Part shown: piece after piece, positions 8,234 through 13,056 of the stretch
Position numbering within the stretch: position 1 is the first letter of the stretch
How the letters are laid out: each line of letters begins with the position of its first letter
Source: Myxococcota bacterium
GTDB lineage: Bacteria; Myxococcota; XYA12-FULL-58-9; JALHOP01
Assembly: GCA_041288095.1 (NCBI GenBank)
Contig: JBGGMJ010000118.1
Coordinates: 1 to 13,056 of the forward strand
Direction of reading: 5' to 3'
DNA length: 13,056 nucleotides
Notes under the pieces: model-generated
What the model saw: the letters and a program-made list of their open reading frames with translations, nothing else
What the model was told of the DNA's origin: nothing
Database searches by the model: none
Program-made: the position numbers and the translations under genes

Positions 8234-8572
8234 GTGACCCTTCTGCCCGTCGACGCCTTGGCTGCCACTCATCCGCGCGCGGAATCCGCGAACGATGAGC
8301 TCCCCGTCCGGACTGCCCCGCGCCTCGCGGTCGCCGCCAATCTACCGCCGCGTCAGCCTCGTTTCGCGGCCCCGGTGACCAGCAACACGGCCGGCCTCGC
8401 GGTCCCGAGCGCCGCCAGCACGTTCAAGCTCGCCGCGGCCCGCCTGCGCGCCCTCGAAGAGCTCGCCGGCAACGTCGAGCGCGACATGGGTGACGCCTAT
8501 CAAGCGGTCGCCGGTCACTTCGAAGCGCAGATCGCCGACGCCCGCGCCGAGGTCGAGTCCCTCAAAGCCTAA
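8234..8572 (+). CDS. Hypothetical protein (112 aa), disordered Pro/Ala N-half and helical C-half
   Basis: AGGAG (8224-8228) lies 5 nt before in-frame GTG 8234. The C-terminal half (FKLAAARLRALEELAGNVERDMGDAYQAVAGHFEAQIADARAEVESLKA) is amphipathic helical with typical codon usage. TTG 8186 is an alternative start. Confidence 0.65.
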   Translation: MTLLPVDALAATHPRAESANDELPVRTAPRLAVAANLPPRQPRFAAPVTSNTAGLAVPSAASTFKLAAARLRALEELAGNVERDMGDAYQAVAGHFEAQIADARAEVESLKA

Positions 8573-8615
8573 CGATCGCGCTACCCCCGCTTATCTTGAG
8601 AGTCGGGGGATTGGG

Positions 8616-9047
8616 ATGCGACGTGTAACGCTGCTGTGCCTCGCGCTTTGCGCATGTGGCATGCCGCGCGACCGCAAGGATACCTTGGCGCGCGTCGAGC
8701 ACGGTGAGCTGCGCGCCGGCTTCACGCACCATCCGCCCGAGGTCGACTGTCATGCCGGCGGACCGCGTGGCGATGAAGTGGCGATGATCGAGCGCTTGGC
8801 CGCGAAGCTCGAGGCGCGCCTCGTCACCACCTGCGCCTCGGAAGCCGAGCTCGTCGAAGACCTGCGGGCGCTCCGCATCGACATCGCCGCCGGAGCGTTC
8901 GATGGGCAATCACCGTGGCGCAAGAGGGCCGGGGCCACCCTGCCGCATAGCCGCCATAGCGGACGGAGGTTTCTCGTACCACCCGGCGAGAACGCTTGGC
9001 TGATGCGGGTCGATCGCCTCATCGCCTCCGCGGAGCTCTCGCCATGA
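8616..9047 (+). CDS. Short lipoprotein with partial solute-binding (SBP family 3-like) domain
   Basis: Signal MRRVTLLCLALCA/C with lipobox, then PRDRKDTLARVEHGELRAG, G-D-E-V..LAAKL and IDIAAG, which resemble the first lobe of family-3 SBPs. ATGA-coupled to the CDF gene. Start moved from 8490 to ATG 8616. Confidence 0.75.
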   Translation: MRRVTLLCLALCACGMPRDRKDTLARVEHGELRAGFTHHPPEVDCHAGGPRGDEVAMIERLAAKLEARLVTTCASEAELVEDLRALRIDIAAGAFDGQSPWRKRAGATLPHSRHSGRRFLVPPGENAWLMRVDRLIASAELSP

Positions 9048-9991
9048 TGCTGACGACGCCGGTCGAATACCCGAAGAGCTTTCTCGCCGCCGAGCGCCGC
9101 GCCAAGCGCATCGCGGCGTGGTCCATCATCTACGTCGTCTCGACGATCGTCTTCATGGGCCTGACCATGGGCGGCTCGCAGGCCATGAAGACCGTTTGGT
9201 TCGACGACATTCTCGGGCTCATTCCGCCGGTCTCGTTCCTGGTTGGCGCCGCGGTGGCCAAGCGCCGCGCCACCGCCGACTACCCGTACGGGTTCCTGCG
9301 CGCGCCGATGATCGGTCACCTCGCGAGCGCCCTCGCGCTCATCGCCTTCGGCATCATGCTGGCGGTGGAAGCCGTCTTGGCGTTGCTCGAGCACACACCA
9401 CCGTCGATCGGCGGCACCGTGGTGTTCGGCCGCGTCATCTGGAGCGGATGGCTCATGCTAGCCGCTTTAGCGTACAGCATCGTGCCGATGGCGATCTTCG
9501 GCCACTCGAAGGAGAAGGCCGCTCTCCCCATCCACGACCGCGCCCTCTTGGCGGACGCGGCCATGGCGCGCGCCGACTGGCTCAGCGGCGGCGCGGCGGT
9601 CGCCGGCGTCGTCGGTGTCGGCTTGGGCTTCTGGTGGGCGGACGCCGTCGCGGCGCTCGTCGTCTCGCTCGACATCCTCCACGATGGCGCGCAGCAGATT
9701 CGCGGCGCCGTCAGCCGCCTCATCGGAGCTCCGCCGCGCACGCTACAGAAGGGACGCGAGGACGTCTTGATCGAAGACGTGAAGCGCCATCTCCTCGAGC
9801 TCGACTGGGTCGCGGGAGCCGACGTGCGGCTGCGCGAAGAAGGCCATGTGGTCTTCGGCGAGGCCACCGTGGTACCGCGCGTCACCGACGACATCGGCAC
9901 CAAGCTGAGCGATGCGCGGCAAGCCATTCGCCAACGTCACTGGCGCATGCACGACCTGACGATCACGGTCGCCGCGCGATTGCCGCCATGA
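9044..9991 (+). CDS. Cation diffusion facilitator (CDF) family metal efflux transporter
   Basis: About six TM segments, ADYPYGF (HPYG-like loop), TM5 LLADAAMARADW, WWADAVAALVV, and a C-terminal cytosolic domain with VRLREEGHVVFGE. Start ATG 9044 overlaps the upstream TGA. Confidence 0.9.
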   Translation: MMLTTPVEYPKSFLAAERRAKRIAAWSIIYVVSTIVFMGLTMGGSQAMKTVWFDDILGLIPPVSFLVGAAVAKRRATADYPYGFLRAPMIGHLASALALIAFGIMLAVEAVLALLEHTPPSIGGTVVFGRVIWSGWLMLAALAYSIVPMAIFGHSKEKAALPIHDRALLADAAMARADWLSGGAAVAGVVGVGLGFWWADAVAALVVSLDILHDGAQQIRGAVSRLIGAPPRTLQKGREDVLIEDVKRHLLELDWVAGADVRLREEGHVVFGEATVVPRVTDDIGTKLSDARQAIRQRHWRMHDLTITVAARLPP

Positions 9992-10637
9992 CCACCGCCA
10001 CCATGCGGTCGCAACGCGGAGCCTGGAACCCGAAAAGATCCGCCGCGGCGGAGCCGAGCTCCGCGCTGAGACGCGCCCGCAAAAGCGAGCGCGCCCGCGA
10101 CAGCCGCATCTTCAGTGCATCTTCGCCAATGTCGAGGCATGCCGCGGCCTCGGCGGTGCTCATGGCCTCCACGTCGCGCAGGACGTAAGCGGCTCGCAAC
10201 CCGGCGGGTAGAGCGTCGACAGCGCGCTCGAGCAACACGCGCAGCTCTCCCGAGAAAGCGTCGCGCTCGGGGGAGCGCTGGCTCTCGTCCGCCATGATGG
10301 ACTCCTCGTCGTCGATGATGCTCATGCCGCCGCGTCGCTTCTTCAAGCGACCAAGTGCCTCGTACAAAGCGATGCGCGTGAGCCAGGTCGATAGCTTTGC
10401 CTCGCCACGGAAGGTCGCGAGCTTGCCGAAGGCGTCGATGTAAGCGTCCTGCATCGCGTCTTCGGCCTCGGCGTCGTCCTTCAGCACGGAGCGCGTGACC
10501 CGAAAGAGGCGCTGGTTGTAGCGGCGGATGATGAGCTCGAAGAGCGCGACTTCGCCGGCGAGCACGCGCCTCACGACGGTCTCGTCGTCGAGTTGAGCGG
10601 CGTCCGCGAGTCGCGACGGTTGATTCTCTGCCTTCAT
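9963..10637 (-). CDS. ECF RNA polymerase sigma-70 factor with short C-terminal RCD extension (ECF29-like)
   Basis: Region 2 FELIIRRYNQRLFRV...AEDAMQDAY...FRGEAKLSTWLTRIA, region 4 LRAAYVLRDVEAMSTAEAAACL...KMRLSRARSLL, tail FGFQAPRCDRMVAVVM. 3' end overlaps the convergent CDF gene by 29 nt. Confidence 0.92.
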   Translation of the reverse strand: MKAENQPSRLADAAQLDDETVVRRVLAGEVALFELIIRRYNQRLFRVTRSVLKDDAEAEDAMQDAYIDAFGKLATFRGEAKLSTWLTRIALYEALGRLKKRRGGMSIIDDEESIMADESQRSPERDAFSGELRVLLERAVDALPAGLRAAYVLRDVEAMSTAEAAACLDIGEDALKMRLSRARSLLRARLSAELGSAAADLFGFQAPRCDRMVAVVMAAIARRP

Positions 10638-10645
10638 GAACGGAC

Positions 10646-10673
10646 AGAGCCCTCCCCGCCGAAAAAGGTAACA
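10646..10673 (-). promoter_or_regulatory. Possible autoregulatory ECF promoter (TGTTACCTTTTT-N11-GCTCT)
   Basis: AT-rich TGTTACCTTTTT (10673-10662) stands out from the GC-rich context and sits at -35 distance from ATG 10637. The -10 assignment is weak. Confidence 0.3.
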
Positions 10674-10815
10674 GGGATGTTAGCTGGGGGCCCACTGCAT
10701 ACCTCTCCAAGAAAGCGCTGCCGATTCCGCTGGTCTTGATCCACGGCCTAGCGGCGATCACCGGCTTCTGCTTGCTCCTGGCCGCGGCGTTCCAAGCAGC
10801 TTCATGAAGCTGGGG

Positions 10816-10844
10816 TTGGGGTAAGCCGCAAGAGCTGCTAGGCT
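10816..10844 (+). promoter_or_regulatory. Putative sigma70 promoter with extended -10 (TTGGGG-N17-TAGGCT, preceded by TGC)
   Basis: TTGGGG 10816-10821, 17-nt spacer ending in TGC, TAGGCT 10839-10844, 10 nt to ATG 10855, no Shine-Dalgarno. Confidence 0.5.
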
Positions 10845-10854
10845 TCGCGCGCCC

Positions 10855-12636
10855 ATGGGCCCCCTCGCGGTAACCTTCGCCAATCTGCTGATCACTTCCG
10901 GAGACGACGGCCACGCGGTCATCGGCAACATCGCCTTGTGCGTTGTAGCGGCCAGCATCTTGGGCTTCCTGATGAAGATCACCAAGCAGCCGCTCATCTT
11001 GGGCTACGTGCTCGCCGGCGTGGTCATCGGCCCGATCGGCGCGCGCTTCATCACCGACAACTCCGACATCGCCACCATCTCGGAGATCGGTCTCATTCTT
11101 CTCCTCTTCATGATCGGTCTCGAGATCGACTTGAAGAAGATGCTGTCCGCCGGCGCCAAGGTCATAGTCCCCGGCGTCTTGCAGTTCCCGCTGTGCCTCG
11201 GCGCGGGCTACCTCGCCTTCCATGGCTTGAAGGCGATCGGGCTGTCGGTGGGTGATTCCGCTTACGCGGAGCTCTACTGCGCCATCGCCATCAGCATGAG
11301 CAGCACCATGATCGTGGTGAAGCTGCTCTTCGACAAGTTCGAGCTCGACACTCTGCCCGGCCGCATCACCGTCGGCATTCTCGTCTTCCAGGACATCTGG
11401 GCGATCATGGTTCTGGCGGTGCAGCCGAACTTCGCCGATCCCCAGATTGGCGCCATTCTGCTCACCTTCGTGCGTGGGGCCGTCCTCGTCGGCGCCGCTC
11501 TGATGGCTTCCCGTTACGTGTTGCCCAAGATCTACCGCACGGTGGCGCGTGTCCCCGAGCTGATGCTGGTCATCTCGCTCGGCTGGTGCTTCCTCGTGGC
11601 GTTGGTCGCCGCGTTGCCGCAGGTCGGTTTGTCGATGGAGATGGGCGCGCTCATCGCCGGCGTCTCGCTCGCGACCTTCCCTTACAACACCGACGTCATC
11701 GCCAAGGTCGTCTCCATCCGCGACTTCTTCATCACGCTGTTCTTCGTGGCGCTCGGCATGACCATTCCGCTGCCCGAGGGCAACGTGCTCGTCGTCGCCG
11801 GAGCGGTCGCGCTCATCGCCATCACCGTGCGCTTCCTCGGGATCTTCGGCGTCCTCTACAGCCTGAACAGCGGCCACCGCGCCTCGCTGCTCGCCACCAT
11901 CAACCTGGCGCAGATCAGCGAGTTCGCGCTGGTGATCCTGACCCTGGGCGTCAGCCTCGGCCACGTCGAAGGCGGCACTCTCACCACCATCACCTGGGTG
12001 TTCGCGTTGCTGGCGGTCGCCTCGACCTACGGCATTACGTACAGCCACCCGATACAGCGCGGCATGAGCGTGGTGCTGTCGGCGGTGGGCATCCGCGACC
12101 TCGCCAACGTCAAGGAAGACGAGGGCGGCGACCACGCGCATCCCATCGTCATGCTCGGGTTCTTCCGCATCGCCAGCGCTTTCCTCGACGAGGTGCTGCG
12201 CAAACATCCGCACCTGAAAGAGTCGATCAAGGTCGTCGACTTCAATCCCGAGGTCCGCGAGAAGCTGACCGGCATGGGCGTCGCCTGTGTCTACGGCGAC
12301 GTCAGCAACGCCGACACGCTGCACCACGCCAACATCCACCACGCCCAGCTCGTGCTCTGCACGATTCCCGACGCCTTCTTGAAGGGCACGAACAACAAGA
12401 AGCTCATCGACCTGGTGCGCAACCTTTGCCCGCACGCCAAGGTCCTGGTCACCGCCGAGCGCACCACCCACGCCCGCGAGCTCTACGAAGTCGGCGCCGA
12501 CTATGTCATCCAGCCGTCCGTCTTGGCGGGCGAGAGCGTCGCCCGAGCCGTCGAGCTCGGCCTCTCCGGCGACCTCGAAGTCCTGCGCAGCACGGCTCGG
12601 GAAGAGCTCGGTCTGCGCAACGAAGTGTTGGCCTAG
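10855..12636 (+). CDS. Cation:proton antiporter, CPA2/Kef family, with C-terminal RCK (TrkA-N) domain
   Basis: KQPLILGYVLAGVVIGP, EIGLILLLFMIGLE, SSTMIVVKLL, GILVFQDI, MGALIAGV, FFVALGM, QISEFALV. C-terminal VVDFNP and YGDVSN RCK motifs. Confidence 0.93.
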   Translation: MGPLAVTFANLLITSGDDGHAVIGNIALCVVAASILGFLMKITKQPLILGYVLAGVVIGPIGARFITDNSDIATISEIGLILLLFMIGLEIDLKKMLSAGAKVIVPGVLQFPLCLGAGYLAFHGLKAIGLSVGDSAYAELYCAIAISMSSTMIVVKLLFDKFELDTLPGRITVGILVFQDIWAIMVLAVQPNFADPQIGAILLTFVRGAVLVGAALMASRYVLPKIYRTVARVPELMLVISLGWCFLVALVAALPQVGLSMEMGALIAGVSLATFPYNTDVIAKVVSIRDFFITLFFVALGMTIPLPEGNVLVVAGAVALIAITVRFLGIFGVLYSLNSGHRASLLATINLAQISEFALVILTLGVSLGHVEGGTLTTITWVFALLAVASTYGITYSHPIQRGMSVVLSAVGIRDLANVKEDEGGDHAHPIVMLGFFRIASAFLDEVLRKHPHLKESIKVVDFNPEVREKLTGMGVACVYGDVSNADTLHHANIHHAQLVLCTIPDAFLKGTNNKKLIDLVRNLCPHAKVLVTAERTTHARELYEVGADYVIQPSVLAGESVARAVELGLSGDLEVLRSTAREELGLRNEVLA

Positions 12637-12681
12637 CACTCGCGGCAGCGCCACTGCGACACCGCACGACGCGCTCCCGCT

Positions 12682-12712
12682 CGCGCAACGGCGCCGCAGC
12701 TGCTCCCGATAT
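12682..12712 (+). promoter_or_regulatory. Shared bipartite motif, copy 4 (CGCGCAAC-N15-CCCGATAT)
   Basis: CAAC 12686-12689, CCCGATAT 12705-12712 (6/8 to GCCGATAA). Upstream of the 12766 ORF. Confidence 0.6.
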
Positions 12713-12765
12713 CTCCCCCGCGCCCGGGTCCCCGCGGCGCACCCTCACACAATCGGAGCATTTCA

Positions 12766-13056
12766 ATGGCCACCATCAAGTGGGCAAAGGCACACGTAGG
12801 TACGCACGTTCAAGGCGTTCGCGCGGGCGCGCGGGAAATCGGCGCCATCATCCGCAAGGCGAAGGAAGAGGACGGCGCCATCGAGGACACCGCCCTCAAG
12901 GTCGCGTTGCGCGGTAAGCCGCGCGCTCTCTGGTCCGCGGTCATGGGCACCTACGCCTCGACCGTCGGCGACATCCACCACTCGCCCACCCGCGAGCAGC
13001 TCTTGAAGACCCTCGGCCGCCGCACCGCCGACGTCATCAGCGCCGACGCTGATGGC
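12766..13056 (+). CDS. Hypothetical protein, 3' end truncated by the window edge (MATIKWAKAHVGTHVQGVRAGAREIGAIIRKAKEEDGAIEDTALKVALRGKPRALWSAVMGTYAST...)
   Basis: GGAG RBS at 12755-12758, ATG 12766, open frame to the end of the window with strongly GC3-biased codons. Absent from the ORF track because it has no stop in the window. Confidence 0.75.
   Translation, partial: MATIKWAKAHVGTHVQGVRAGAREIGAIIRKAKEEDGAIEDTALKVALRGKPRALWSAVMGTYASTVGDIHHSPTREQLLKTLGRRTADVISADADG

Noticed and set aside
8584..8609. CCCCCG...CGGGGG hairpin between the 8234 orphan and the lipoprotein gene
   Set aside because: Only 6 bp with a 14-nt loop and no U-tract. It could mask the RBS but is within chance at this GC content.
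10638..10665. GAAC-N16-GCCGAAAA on the plus strand, resembling the shared motif
   Set aside because: Lacks CRCRCAAC, the spacer is longer, it lies ~190 nt from the Kef start, and Kef has a better sigma70-type promoter.
9937..12654. 905-aa minus-strand ORF
   Set aside because: Antisense shadow of the Kef gene joined to an off-frame of the ECF gene. Long stop-free antisense frames are expected in high-GC DNA, and it has no recognisable motifs.
12906..12913. CGCGCAAC on the minus strand
   Set aside because: Inside a CDS, antisense, and no CGAWW at the expected distance.
9118..12917. Arg-rich plus-strand ORFs 9118-10188 and 11586-12917
   Set aside because: Off-frame readings of the CDF and Kef genes.
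1..13056. CRISPR arrays, tRNA/rRNA, transposases, integrases, known defence systems
   Set aside because: No regularly spaced repeats, no RNA gene signatures and no matching protein motifs seen by eye.

Overview
High-GC bacterial DNA; a Myxococcota/deltaproteobacterial origin is only a guess from composition and gene style. The minus strand carries most of a leucine/isovalerate catabolism (liu) cluster: methylcrotonyl-CoA carboxylase beta, methylglutaconyl-CoA hydratase, biotin carboxylase and a separate biotin carrier. HMG-CoA lyase lies further on, cut off by two plus-strand genes (a purple-acid-phosphatase-type metallophosphoesterase and an orphan). The rest holds a small 2-TM protein, a short orphan, a lipoprotein plus cation diffusion facilitator pair, an ECF sigma factor with a C-terminal RCD extension, a Kef/CPA2 antiporter and a truncated orphan at the right edge. 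The main observation is that four scattered plus-strand genes (starts 978, 2178, 8234, 12766) share one bipartite upstream motif, CRCRCAAC-N16/17-CGAWW. Its downstream half resembles the sigma-28 (FliA) -10 box GCCGATAA. None of the four has a Sec signal and three have long Pro/Ala-rich N-termini. This suggests a dispersed alternative-sigma regulon, possibly of secreted effectors. It is an inference from four hand-aligned sites.
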